Shown: piece after piece, positions 1-8,945 of the stretch | Layout of the letters: every line of letters starts with the position of its first letter | Position numbering within the stretch: the first letter of the stretch is position 1 | Source: an uncultured Verrucomicrobiota bacterium | GTDB lineage: Bacteria > Verrucomicrobiota > Verrucomicrobiia > Limisphaerales > JAEYXS01 | NCBI GenBank assembly: GCA_964599715.1 | Contig: CAZRGY010000003.1 | Span: 1 to 32,962 of the forward strand | DNA: 32,962 bases | Reading direction: 5' to 3' | Translations under genes and position numbers: made by a program | The notes under the pieces: model-generated | The model's input: the letters and a program-made list of their open reading frames with translations, nothing else | Database searches by the model: none | What the model was told of the DNA's origin: nothing

Positions 1-72
1 TCAGTTCTAACGATTCCGCATGGAGCCAACTGAACTTGGTCGGTATCAGCAAAGTATCAGATTGGCTCTTGT

Positions 73-1275
73 TTACCGGAAGCGCTCCCACAGTTTGGTG
101 TAAGCTTTTACCAGTTCTGGCGTGGTACGAACGGATGTCTCGAGTTGCTTGTTCAAATGATCAAGCAGCTCTATGTCTTGATCCTTTATCTCTGTCCAAA
201 GCAACAAAGGCAATGTGTTCAAAAGCCTTTCACGCGGATACCGGAATGCGCCGCCCCCCTTGAATATCCCCTTCCGAAGGCGAATGAAGTTGATCGCCAA
301 GTTTTTCCACCATTTGGTTTCTGGACATTTATTCCGCTGGCAATACGCATATCCTCGGACCGTGCCAAAAGCGTCTCCCAAGCGGCGCCCTTCCAACCAA
401 AACCACACCTGCATGGCCAAATCTGAAAGCTCGATGAAGAGCGACTGACATTCCTTCTCGCTCATGTGATTTCGATGCGGATGCAGTTTGAACTCCACAC
501 CCAAAACATGATGCCGTTGGACCGCCGCCAGGCCCGGGAAGTCCGGAAGGGACAACAACTTCCTGACCCGCTCACCCCGCTCCACACAACTGCTATGATA
601 GCGCCCGCATACTGTCAGCAAGACATCCCCCAAGGCCAACTGCACTTTGGCCAGGTTTCGTTCTGCAAAATCAGTCTGCAGAGATCCCGATTGCAATCGC
701 TCCTTGATGAACAGCAACCCCGTGCAACGATTCATCAATAGACGCGTCGCTTCAGCCAATGGAATGCTTCCCGCGCTGAGATGATGTCGGCATTGGTTTA
801 ACAGATCCTCTTGACCGTAAAGCCATTTGTGCCCCACAGCCAGATCATGGTAAAACATGCTCGTCCCGCTCCGGCGAAACTTACCCAAGGACAGTATTTT
901 GAAATCGACATCGATACCGGCCCGTTCGCCCACCTCCACACCTAATCGTTGTAAAGCTACGCCATATTTTTCCTCATTGAGCCAGCTCACCCCGGAAAGA
1001 AAGATGTAAAATTCAAGATCGTTAAAAAGTGCATCGTGCCCCTTTTCATGCAAAACGCCTCCTTCTCCCCTTCCGTAACCACCGCCCAACAACACGGCCT
1101 GCAATTTCCCAGCCGGCACAAACTTGCCTAGCCCGGCCATGACCCATTGGCAGATTTGCCGGATTTGGTTTTCTATCTCTTTACTGCCATCCCTTGTGAA
1201 ATAATGTTCCGTCGATGAAACTGCCCCTTGAGTTTCGAACAATGGTTTGGTCAAGGATGAGTCTAAGGTTTCCAT
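73..1275 (-). CDS. Pol-beta-superfamily nucleotidyltransferase with GlnD/DUF294-like motif; target unknown
   Basis: 400-aa ORF. NTase signature LLGGGYGRGEGG ... FNDLEFYIF (hG[GS]...D-x-[DE]) with a further acidic residue in GIDVDF. The GGYGRGE string is the form I associate with GlnD/GlnE/DUF294-type protein nucleotidyltransferases. Its ATG (1275-1273) shares one base with the TAA (1277-1275) of the upstream GT2 gene (TAATG), implying translational coupling. Confidence 0.7.
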   Translation of the reverse strand: METLDSSLTKPLFETQGAVSSTEHYFTRDGSKEIENQIRQICQWVMAGLGKFVPAGKLQAVLLGGGYGRGEGGVLHEKGHDALFNDLEFYIFLSGVSWLNEEKYGVALQRLGVEVGERAGIDVDFKILSLGKFRRSGTSMFYHDLAVGHKWLYGQEDLLNQCRHHLSAGSIPLAEATRLLMNRCTGLLFIKERLQSGSLQTDFAERNLAKVQLALGDVLLTVCGRYHSSCVERGERVRKLLSLPDFPGLAAVQRHHVLGVEFKLHPHRNHMSEKECQSLFIELSDLAMQVWFWLEGRRLGDAFGTVRGYAYCQRNKCPETKWWKNLAINFIRLRKGIFKGGGAFRYPRERLLNTLPLLLWTEIKDQDIELLDHLNKQLETSVRTTPELVKAYTKLWERFR

Positions 1276-2195
1276 TATTTATTGGCACTTGGGATCGTGG
1301 TTGGATGACTGCCTCCATTATCCGCTCCATGATAGACCTGCCACCCTTCTCGAAACCCCGCATACTTAGCCTTGCGCTGCAGCCAACGGATACAGACTGC
1401 ATGCGGCCATTCAGCCAAGCGTCTCTGGCGTGCACAATAGGCAAGGTCTTTTCGGGCATCGTTAAGCCAGCCACCCAAAACTTTGACCGGCCAGCTGAAA
1501 TCACCGGCATTACCAGTCCAGACCCCGGCCAGCGCTTTCCCTTCACCGAAGCTCCGCTTGGAAGCTTGCGCCTCGGTATAGTTATGTGAATGCAACACCC
1601 TGGATTCAGGCACAAACATAACTCGATAACCTCGGGACTGACACCAACGTGTATATTCATCATCCTCCGAATACTGAAATCGGTCGCTGAAACCGCGCTG
1701 CAACCAGACATCTTTTCGGATGCCACTGCTCGCCATGCTAAAAAAATGGTCCCATCTGACTGCTTCACGTTGGGGACCAAAGCACCGTTCATAGTCATGC
1801 GCAAAAACTGCCTTGCAGTCTGCTCGAGGCGTCTGTCGCCCATAGACAGCCGCCACCTGCGGATTCTGCAATGCTTCAACCAGCGGACGCAGCCAACCAT
1901 TACCCTGGGGAGTGGCATCCGCATTGAGGAAAATGCCGAATTCTGATCGTGAGTTTTCCATGCCCCAATTCATTACTCGGGAAGGATTATAATCCTGAGG
2001 GAGTATTTGCCTTAATAACCTGGGATTAGCCTGCCGTAACAGGTCGATTGACCCATCGGTGGATCCAGAATCGATGACAATCAATTCCCAATTCCGATAC
2101 TCCTGCGCTCTCAATGCAGGTAAGGTATCCCGCAAAGCCCATGCCTCATTGAAGGATCGGATGATGATGGTGACCAACGGCGCATCCGTTTGCAT
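1275..2195 (-). CDS. Family 2 glycosyltransferase (GT-A fold)
   Basis: 306-aa ORF with ATG at 2195. N-terminal GT2 pattern PLVTIIIRSFNE ... YRNWELIVIDSGSTDGS and DxD-like FLNADA. Confidence 0.9.
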   Translation of the reverse strand: MQTDAPLVTIIIRSFNEAWALRDTLPALRAQEYRNWELIVIDSGSTDGSIDLLRQANPRLLRQILPQDYNPSRVMNWGMENSRSEFGIFLNADATPQGNGWLRPLVEALQNPQVAAVYGRQTPRADCKAVFAHDYERCFGPQREAVRWDHFFSMASSGIRKDVWLQRGFSDRFQYSEDDEYTRWCQSRGYRVMFVPESRVLHSHNYTEAQASKRSFGEGKALAGVWTGNAGDFSWPVKVLGGWLNDARKDLAYCARQRRLAEWPHAVCIRWLQRKAKYAGFREGWQVYHGADNGGSHPTTIPSANK

Positions 2196-2351
2196 GGGTT
2201 AATCTAACTTGCAAGTCGACTCCCCCTCTATGGGGTCTACTCCTGATCTCCCATGAGTAGTTAGCCCACTACCTCAAGGCTCCGTTTTTCTTTTACCTGT
2301 CTGAAGTTGATCATACAAAACCAAGAACCTCTCTGTGCCAATGAAGTAGCC
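2196..2351. promoter_or_regulatory. Divergent intergenic region between two GT2 genes, presumed bidirectional promoter
   Basis: 156-bp non-coding gap between divergently oriented genes (ATG 2195 on minus, ATG 2352 on plus). No confident -35/-10 identified by eye. Confidence 0.35.
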
Positions 2352-3485
2352 ATGCGAAATTACTCTCATCTGTCTATCGGCATCCTCGCATGGAACGAGG
2401 AAACGGCCATTGAGGACGCGCTGGAATCATTGTTCCAGCAATCGCTCTTTGAAAATCTGGCGGCTCGAAATATTACAGCAGAGATCATCTGTATCGCCAA
2501 TGCATGCACGGACCGCACAGCAGAAGTGGTTGACGCTTGTTTTCAAAGACAACAAAGCAACCATAAATTCAACCACACTTTCACGACTCTCACAGTAAGC
2601 ATACAGGAGCGAGGCAAGACAAACGCCTGGAACCTCTTCGTCCACAGGCTCTCAGGCAAACGGACAGCTTTCCTGTTCCTCATGGACGCCGACATCCTCA
2701 TCACCGGTCCGGACACTCTCTGGAACATGTACAAGACCCTACAGAACCACCCCGAAGCTTCTGTCTCCGTGGATCAACCAATCAAAGATATTGCCCTAAA
2801 GGAGGATCAAAATCTGTTCACCCGGATCTCTCTGGCCACTTCAAAAATGACTCAAGCCGGAGGGGCTCAACTGACTGGTCAGCTTTACTGCATACGATCC
2901 AGTATTGCTCGAAGCATTTTCCTGCCCCGCGACTTGATCATAGAGGATGGGTTCATCAAGAATTTGGTTTGCACTGATTTTTTGACTGCTCCCTCTAACC
3001 CGGCACGTTTGATCAAAACCCCGGATGCCGCTCATGTATTTGAGGCTTACATGTCACCTCTTGCCATCCTGCGCAACCAAAAGCGGCAGATGATTGGCCA
3101 AACTATACTTCATTTACTGGTCGATAAGGAATTGAAACACGTTGCCACCTATAGTACGCCAGATTTTTCAGCCTATCTTAAGGAGCGCGAGCAGAAAGAT
3201 CCTGATTGGCTCAAGAAACTGATTGGCGAACACATCAGTAAACTTAACTTCTTTTGGCAGATCTTTCCTGGCGTTCTCTCATTTCGGTTCAGCAGGCTTG
3301 GCGCACTTTCACCGTTAGCGAGATTGCGCGCGTTGCCAGCAGTCTTCATTGGTTTCCTAGTTACTTTGATTTCTTCATGGCAGGCCTATCACTTTCTCCG
3401 AAGAGGCTACACAACCTACTGGCCAGACACCCGCAACTTGGCGCTTAAAAAACTTCCTCAAACCAAAACATCTCAGGCAATTTGA
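2352..3485 (+). CDS. Family 2 glycosyltransferase with C-terminal membrane segment
   Basis: The track ORF starts at TTG 2307. The first in-frame ATG is 2352 (MRNYSHLSIGILAWNEE). GT2 motifs SIGILAWNEE, ICIANACTDRT, DxD in FLFLMDADI. Hydrophobic C-terminal stretch LPAVFIGFLVTLISSW. Confidence 0.85.
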   Translation: MRNYSHLSIGILAWNEETAIEDALESLFQQSLFENLAARNITAEIICIANACTDRTAEVVDACFQRQQSNHKFNHTFTTLTVSIQERGKTNAWNLFVHRLSGKRTAFLFLMDADILITGPDTLWNMYKTLQNHPEASVSVDQPIKDIALKEDQNLFTRISLATSKMTQAGGAQLTGQLYCIRSSIARSIFLPRDLIIEDGFIKNLVCTDFLTAPSNPARLIKTPDAAHVFEAYMSPLAILRNQKRQMIGQTILHLLVDKELKHVATYSTPDFSAYLKEREQKDPDWLKKLIGEHISKLNFFWQIFPGVLSFRFSRLGALSPLARLRALPAVFIGFLVTLISSWQAYHFLRRGYTTYWPDTRNLALKKLPQTKTSQAI

Positions 3486-3524
3486 AAAACTGCTAAGATT
3501 TAATCACAACATAAAGGATCAATT

Positions 3525-4154
3525 ATGCACGGCACTCTCACACAAAAAGTCAGCCGCCTCGTCTGCGATTTCGCCGCACACCCAAATCATATATCACGGT
3601 ATGTGACCAAAAGTATTCTACCGGGGAAATCACCGCTGGATATGGAAATCCCATGGTTTTCCTATGCAGCCATAGATTTTCTGGAAACTTATCTGACTAC
3701 CAATATGACGGTCTGTGAGTATGGCTCCGGCGGTTCAACTCTGTTTTTAGCCAGGCGGACAAAATCCGTTTTTTCAATCGAAAATGACGTCAAGTGGTCA
3801 AACTTGGTTCAATCAATTTTGCTGAAGAAAAACATCCACAATGCGACAATCAGCTTGCACCCATACGATTTCAAGAATCCGGTCGATTTTGAACAATCCG
3901 ATTACTTGAATGCCATTCCAGAAGAGAAATTTGACGTGATCGTGGTCGATGGCATGGAAGAATGGATTCCGGTCCGTCCCACCTGTTTTAATCACGCCGA
4001 AACCCGCATCAAACCCGGTGGCATCATCATAGTAGATGATTCCTGGCGTTATCTGGCACTCAGAAGCATAAACCATGCTCGTGATGTTAAGGTATTTGAA
4101 AGTGTAGGGCCTTGCCGACCAGGCGTCACCAGCACCGATATCTACTTCTATTGA
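3525..4154 (+). CDS. Class I SAM-dependent methyltransferase (putative polysaccharide methyltransferase)
   Basis: 209-aa ORF. SAM-binding motif I VCEYGSGGSTLFLARR and acidic post-beta-strand motif FDVIVVDG. AAGGA Shine-Dalgarno-like element about 8 nt upstream of the ATG. Confidence 0.75.
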   Translation: MHGTLTQKVSRLVCDFAAHPNHISRYVTKSILPGKSPLDMEIPWFSYAAIDFLETYLTTNMTVCEYGSGGSTLFLARRTKSVFSIENDVKWSNLVQSILLKKNIHNATISLHPYDFKNPVDFEQSDYLNAIPEEKFDVIVVDGMEEWIPVRPTCFNHAETRIKPGGIIIVDDSWRYLALRSINHARDVKVFESVGPCRPGVTSTDIYFY

Positions 4155-4160
4155 GAACCG

Positions 4161-5612
4161 ATGGAATCCAAGGATTTCATTGGGCTGGGCATTGCTTTTA
4201 TAGCTCTGCTGTTTGGCACCACGCTTTGCTGCGTGTCACGAAGAGCCCGTGAACTTGCCTTCTTTGGTCTGGCGGCTGGTACAGTCATCACAGACCGTGT
4301 GGACATCAACTTTCTCAGCCACTATTGGTATCGGGGCACCACCCGTGGCATTGAATTCTCTTTTCTGGATGTATTGGCCATCAGCCTGCTGATCGGCCAA
4401 CTCTTTTATCTTCTCACCACCAAGGCTCGCCTCTTTTGGCCGGCTAGCCTTGCTTTCATGTTGGCCTATTTTGCCTTTGCAGGCCTCTCCATCCTGTTCG
4501 CCGAACCCAAAATCTATGGATTATTTGAACTCTCAAAAATGTTCCGGTGCATTATTGTTTTCGTAGCGGCAGCCTTGTTTATCCGTGGCGAACGGGAACT
4601 TTCTATTCTCATATTGGCTTTGTGTTGCGTTGTCGGATTGGAAGTCATGCTTTCGCTCAAACAACGTTACTTCGACGGCATTCATCGAGTTGCTGGTACT
4701 TTGGAGCATCCCAATAGCCTGTCGATGTATCTATGTCTGGTCGGCCCAGTGCTGGTTGCGGCTTATACCTCCTCCCTATCCAAACACATCCGCGCTTGCT
4801 GTTTAGTTGCCATTGCGGGTGCAAGCATTGCCGTTCTGCTCACGCTTTCACGGGCGGGAATCCCCATCTTCATCTTCGTCATGCTAAGCACGCTGGCATT
4901 CTGTGCGTCATGGAAAATCACTATTCAAAAAACCGCAATCGGCATGATTGTCCTGTTGGGTCTTTCTATTCTGACTTATAAATCATGGGATACGATGCGG
5001 GCACGTTATGGAGAGGCCACCTTTCAGGAGGAATACCTGGATACCGAAAAAGAAGGTCGTGGCGTTTATCTTCGCATCGCTCGCTCCATCGTCACTGAAA
5101 AGCCATTCGGTGTTGGCCTCAACAACTGGTCTTATTGGGTAAGCAAACATTACGGTGAAAAGGAAGGTCTGGATTACGAAGATTATGACCGTTTGGAAGC
5201 TCAACCCGACAAAGCCAGCCTTGTAAGCTTCCACTATGCTGCACCTGCCCATAATCTGCTTGCCCTGACCATTGGTGAATTGGGCGTGTTCGGCGTATTC
5301 CTCTTCTTGTTGCTTTGGCTGCGGTGGTTCTATATGGGCCAGGCATTTCTTTGGCATAAGATCACCACCAATACTCAAAGACTATCTGTGGGAATTTTTT
5401 TGGGGTTGATCGGCGCCTTTTTGCAAAGCGTTACCGAATGGGTCTTTCGGCAGACAGCCATCGCCTTCACCTTTCATCTGTTGGTGGGAACGCTGGCCAG
5501 CCTCTATTATTGGAACCACTCCGCGCGAACACTTGGCATCAGTAAGCGCCACACTTCGGTTCATCACCAGACGGAAGAGCACGCGCTGATATCTGTCGAA
5601 AAAGGAATGTGA
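4161..5612 (+). CDS. O-antigen ligase/polymerase family (Wzy_C) integral membrane protein
   Basis: 483 aa with roughly 10-12 hydrophobic helices. Characteristic loop motifs GTLEHPNSLSMYL and YAAPAHNLLALTIGELGVFGVF. Only 6 nt after the methyltransferase stop. Confidence 0.85.
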   Translation: MESKDFIGLGIAFIALLFGTTLCCVSRRARELAFFGLAAGTVITDRVDINFLSHYWYRGTTRGIEFSFLDVLAISLLIGQLFYLLTTKARLFWPASLAFMLAYFAFAGLSILFAEPKIYGLFELSKMFRCIIVFVAAALFIRGERELSILILALCCVVGLEVMLSLKQRYFDGIHRVAGTLEHPNSLSMYLCLVGPVLVAAYTSSLSKHIRACCLVAIAGASIAVLLTLSRAGIPIFIFVMLSTLAFCASWKITIQKTAIGMIVLLGLSILTYKSWDTMRARYGEATFQEEYLDTEKEGRGVYLRIARSIVTEKPFGVGLNNWSYWVSKHYGEKEGLDYEDYDRLEAQPDKASLVSFHYAAPAHNLLALTIGELGVFGVFLFLLLWLRWFYMGQAFLWHKITTNTQRLSVGIFLGLIGAFLQSVTEWVFRQTAIAFTFHLLVGTLASLYYWNHSARTLGISKRHTSVHHQTEEHALISVEKGM

Positions 5613-5615
5613 CCT

Positions 5616-6866
5616 ATGCGCATAGCCCACGTCTTGCGAAAGTATAATCCAGCTGAATGGGGAGGCACTGAGACAGCGTTACAGAGACTTTTCAGCTCCC
5701 TACGCAATCATGAGATAAACTCAGTGGTTTACTGCCCGAAAATTGATGACGGACAACTTCCAGACCCTTTCAGAGAATCCGGTTGTGAAGTGAAACGTTT
5801 CCATGCCTGCGTGCCCGTCTGGGGACTCTCACATCAACGCCGTTCTCAACTTGTCTCCGTAGGTGGAAATCTCATGTCATTTGATTTGCCCGGTTGGCTT
5901 TGGATGGATCGAAGCATCTCGCTGGTTCACTCTCATAGTATGGGCCGTCTCGGAGGGATAGGCCGTATGGTGGCCAAGCGTCGAAAAATCCCATTTGTGA
6001 TCTCTATCCATGGAGGGCTTTTGGATTTACCAGACAGCCTCAAGGCTAGCTTTGGGCATCCACATAGCGATGGGGTCGAATGGGGCAAGGCTTTCGGATT
6101 CCTGCTTCGTACCAGGCAATTGATAGATGATGCCGATGCGATTGTTACCTGTAACTTACGCGAAGCGCAAATGTTGCAAGCGAAACATCCGAAGCAACGT
6201 TTCATCACCCAGCCACACGGCGTTTCTGCCGACCTGTTTCGTGTGAACCATCGCGACGCCGCCTTGAAGGCATTTCCTCAAATACAATTTAAAGAAGTTC
6301 TGCTCTGCATCGGTCGCATTGATCCTGTAAAAAACCAAGGGTGGCTGGTAAAAGAAGCTCCCACATTCTTCCAGCGCCATCCCAATTCCGTTCTGGTTTT
6401 ACTAGGCGCATGCACCGATGAAGCCTACGGCGAGGAACTCAGCCGCGACATCAAGCGACTTGGCCTGGAAGATCGCGTTTTACTTTTCGGCGGATTCCAG
6501 CCGCAAGACTCCCGGTTGATTGGGCTTTTGCAACTCTCTCAGGTTGTTATCGTTCCTTCTCTTTCTGAAACATTTGGCATCGTCATATTGGAAGCATGGG
6601 CTGCCGGAGCACCCGTGATCGCCAGTCGCACCACAGGTGCATTGGCTCTGATCAAGGAAGGACATAACGGTTGGCTGTTTGATCTTAATCAGCCCGCTCA
6701 ATTCCATGCCGCTTTAGATGAAGCACTTCAGAAACCTGAACTGGCTGGCCGGTATACCGCCAATGGAACCCGCATGGTGATTGAGACTTATGATGCCGAG
6801 GCACTCGCTTGTAAGATGAAGTCTTTCTACGAAACTTTAATTGAGGAAAAGAAATGCGCTACGTGA
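5616..6866 (+). CDS. Family 4 (GT-B) glycosyltransferase
   Basis: 416 aa. C-terminal GT4 signature PSLSETFGIVILEAWAAGAPVIASRTTG ... GHNGWLF. Starts 3 nt after the Wzy-family stop. Confidence 0.9.
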   Translation: MRIAHVLRKYNPAEWGGTETALQRLFSSLRNHEINSVVYCPKIDDGQLPDPFRESGCEVKRFHACVPVWGLSHQRRSQLVSVGGNLMSFDLPGWLWMDRSISLVHSHSMGRLGGIGRMVAKRRKIPFVISIHGGLLDLPDSLKASFGHPHSDGVEWGKAFGFLLRTRQLIDDADAIVTCNLREAQMLQAKHPKQRFITQPHGVSADLFRVNHRDAALKAFPQIQFKEVLLCIGRIDPVKNQGWLVKEAPTFFQRHPNSVLVLLGACTDEAYGEELSRDIKRLGLEDRVLLFGGFQPQDSRLIGLLQLSQVVIVPSLSETFGIVILEAWAAGAPVIASRTTGALALIKEGHNGWLFDLNQPAQFHAALDEALQKPELAGRYTANGTRMVIETYDAEALACKMKSFYETLIEEKKCAT

Positions 6867-7663
6867 TTATCCGCGACGACGATACCAATGCCTTCACGCC
6901 GGCTATTTGTCTGGAGAAACTTTATCGCCCTTTTCTGTCACGCGGTCTGCCGGTAAATCTAGCCGTGATACCTTCAGTCCGCAGCAATGTCACCATGCCG
7001 GATGGCAGGCTCGAAGGCTACCTGTTTGATAAACATGATGAGGCACCAGCATTTGCTCCGATAAACAGCAATCCCGATCTGGTTAACTACCTCCACAGCA
7101 ACGGTGGATTTAAAATAGTTCAGCACGGATGCCATCACGACGCTTGGGAATTTGATCGCCAGGATCGGAAAGAAATCAACCTGCGACTTGACCATGGTCG
7201 ACGCTGTTTGCAAGAAGCCGGCTTCGCCGTTCCAGACACTTTTGTCGCTCCGCATGATAAACTTTCGGCTGCCGCTTACCTGGAACTGGCAAAACGATTT
7301 TCCATCATTTCCACTGGTTGGTATGAGATTGGTCGCTTGCCTGTGAACTGGTGGCCACGCTTTTTTCTGAAAAAGCTGACCCGCAAACCACATTGGCAGA
7401 TCCAGCGCACTATTCTTCTCTCGCATCCAGGATGCTTACTATCATGCTACCGACCATATGAAAATATGTTGGCTTCGATTATCAAACAAATAGAAACCAG
7501 AGACGTAACTGTGTTGGTCACTCATTGGTGGGAATACTTCAGAAATCATGTCCCGAATCAGCGATTCATCGAAGTTTTGCACCAGACGGCTGCCTATCTG
7601 GCAAAGCGCAAAGATTTGAAAGTAATTTCGTTTAGTGAACTTGCAGCGAGCACACTGCGGTGA
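6854..7663 (+). CDS. Polysaccharide deacetylase-like protein (DUF2334/CE4-like)
   Basis: 269 aa. N-terminal MRYVIIRDDDTNAF and HGCHHD motifs resemble the Asp/His metal-binding motifs of predicted deacetylases. Overlaps the GT4 gene by 13 nt. Confidence 0.5.
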   Translation: MRYVIIRDDDTNAFTPAICLEKLYRPFLSRGLPVNLAVIPSVRSNVTMPDGRLEGYLFDKHDEAPAFAPINSNPDLVNYLHSNGGFKIVQHGCHHDAWEFDRQDRKEINLRLDHGRRCLQEAGFAVPDTFVAPHDKLSAAAYLELAKRFSIISTGWYEIGRLPVNWWPRFFLKKLTRKPHWQIQRTILLSHPGCLLSCYRPYENMLASIIKQIETRDVTVLVTHWWEYFRNHVPNQRFIEVLHQTAAYLAKRKDLKVISFSELAASTLR

Positions 7664-7677
7664 AACAGGACTTAATG

Positions 7678-7704
7678 CGTTTTGATTGGGTTTAGGTCAA
7701 AACG
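7678..7704. terminator. Weak hairpin between convergent genes (possible bidirectional terminator)
   Basis: CGTTTTGA (7678-7685) pairs with TCAAAACG (7697-7704) around an 11-nt loop. It lies in the 50-bp gap between the convergent stops at 7663 and 7714. AT-rich stem, no clean U-tract. Confidence 0.3.
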
Positions 7705-7713
7705 TGTAGCTGT

Positions 7714-8919
7714 CTAAGCCGGAACTGCTTCAGCCTGCAGCTCTAGATGCGCAGCTTGATTGGCAGCCTTCGCAGCTCGGGCATCGCGCTCCATCAACTG
7801 ATAAACATGTGGTATGGCACTTATTCCTTCGGGTAATTCAGGTTGATTCGTGAATATGGAAGCAAAACTGTGCTTGTCATCAGGATGGTAACCATGCATG
7901 GCTCGGATAGGCCGCTCACCCATGTGGCTAGGAACAATCAGCACCCCCTCTTGCAGCAAGAAAATCAGCTCTCCGAATTGCCGATCCGGGAAAAAAGTGC
8001 CCAATTCAATCAATTCCTCATCGGTCATGATTTTGCCTTGCCGTATTGCTGACAATGCATTGGTCACCGCCCGCTTGGCCTGCTGATTGAAGAACCAGAA
8101 CCGCGCCATAGTGGAATCATAAACCACGGCATAGTCCTCCCCTATCTTCAGCGGTAATTTCTTTATGACTGATTGCAAATCTAGAAGTTCGTCGCAATTG
8201 GCCATGCCGTGATCACTAAAAACATATAGCCTGACCTCATCGTAGTTATCCTTCGCTACCTTCATCAATTTCTCCATCCGCAACTCGTAGCCTCTTAACT
8301 TCTCAGGCACTTGTGGGGATCGGTTGCCCACACGATGCATGAGTCCATCCAAGTCCGGCCAATACAGAAAAGCGAAATCAATGCTTTGCTTTTGGATATC
8401 CGCCAGCAGGTCATCCAGGTTCTGTAGTTCCGTCTTTTGCGGGCTGCTGACGTGATAGGCTATGCTTTCCTTATCTAGCACATCGAATATGTTCTGACCT
8501 TGATTCATCCCACCTGGTTGCAACGGACTTTTTTTCTCAGTGAAATCAAACAGCGAAATATGCTCGAACGGAATGTTGTATAAATCAAAGTAACCCTTGT
8601 ATCCCAACCGAAACCGCACGTACTTGCTTAACCAACGACGAAAGATTCTCCTGCCAGTCAGTGCCTTTGGCAACCAGCTCAGCTTCCGCAGAAACCGAAA
8701 CGGCGAGTTCACGGGATCGTACACAAAGTAACACCAGTTCCTGTGGTGAGAAGGCCATTTCCCGGATAAAATCGAAGGGATGCACGCTGAACTGTAGCCA
8801 AACACCGAAGCAAGCTTGTTACGCGTTGGGGCCAGTAGCTGCATGAACGGATCGTTCTTTACTATTTCCCAGCCACACGCATCGATAAATACAAACAAGG
8901 GTAATATTTTTTTCTTCAT
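7714..8919 (-). CDS. Alkaline-phosphatase-superfamily enzyme (type I phosphodiesterase/nucleotide pyrophosphatase-like)
   Basis: 401 aa. Metal-ligand Asp right at the N-terminus (LFVFIDACGWE), nucleophile region GYSSACIPSILSGKWPSHH, distal metal site VFSDHGM and AMHGYHP. No obvious signal peptide. Confidence 0.7.
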   Translation of the reverse strand: MKKKILPLFVFIDACGWEIVKNDPFMQLLAPTRNKLASVFGYSSACIPSILSGKWPSHHRNWCYFVYDPVNSPFRFLRKLSWLPKALTGRRIFRRWLSKYVRFRLGYKGYFDLYNIPFEHISLFDFTEKKSPLQPGGMNQGQNIFDVLDKESIAYHVSSPQKTELQNLDDLLADIQKQSIDFAFLYWPDLDGLMHRVGNRSPQVPEKLRGYELRMEKLMKVAKDNYDEVRLYVFSDHGMANCDELLDLQSVIKKLPLKIGEDYAVVYDSTMARFWFFNQQAKRAVTNALSAIRQGKIMTDEELIELGTFFPDRQFGELIFLLQEGVLIVPSHMGERPIRAMHGYHPDDKHSFASIFTNQPELPEGISAIPHVYQLMERDARAAKAANQAAHLELQAEAVPA

Positions 8920-8945
8920 CTATCTCTCCTGATCAGATTAAAGAC

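Noticed and set aside
1181-1924. 247-aa minus-strand ORF overlapping the GT2 gene in another frame, and a 124-aa plus ORF at 1215-1589
   Set aside because: Both are fully nested in the motif-supported GT2 and NTase frames and have no recognisable motifs.
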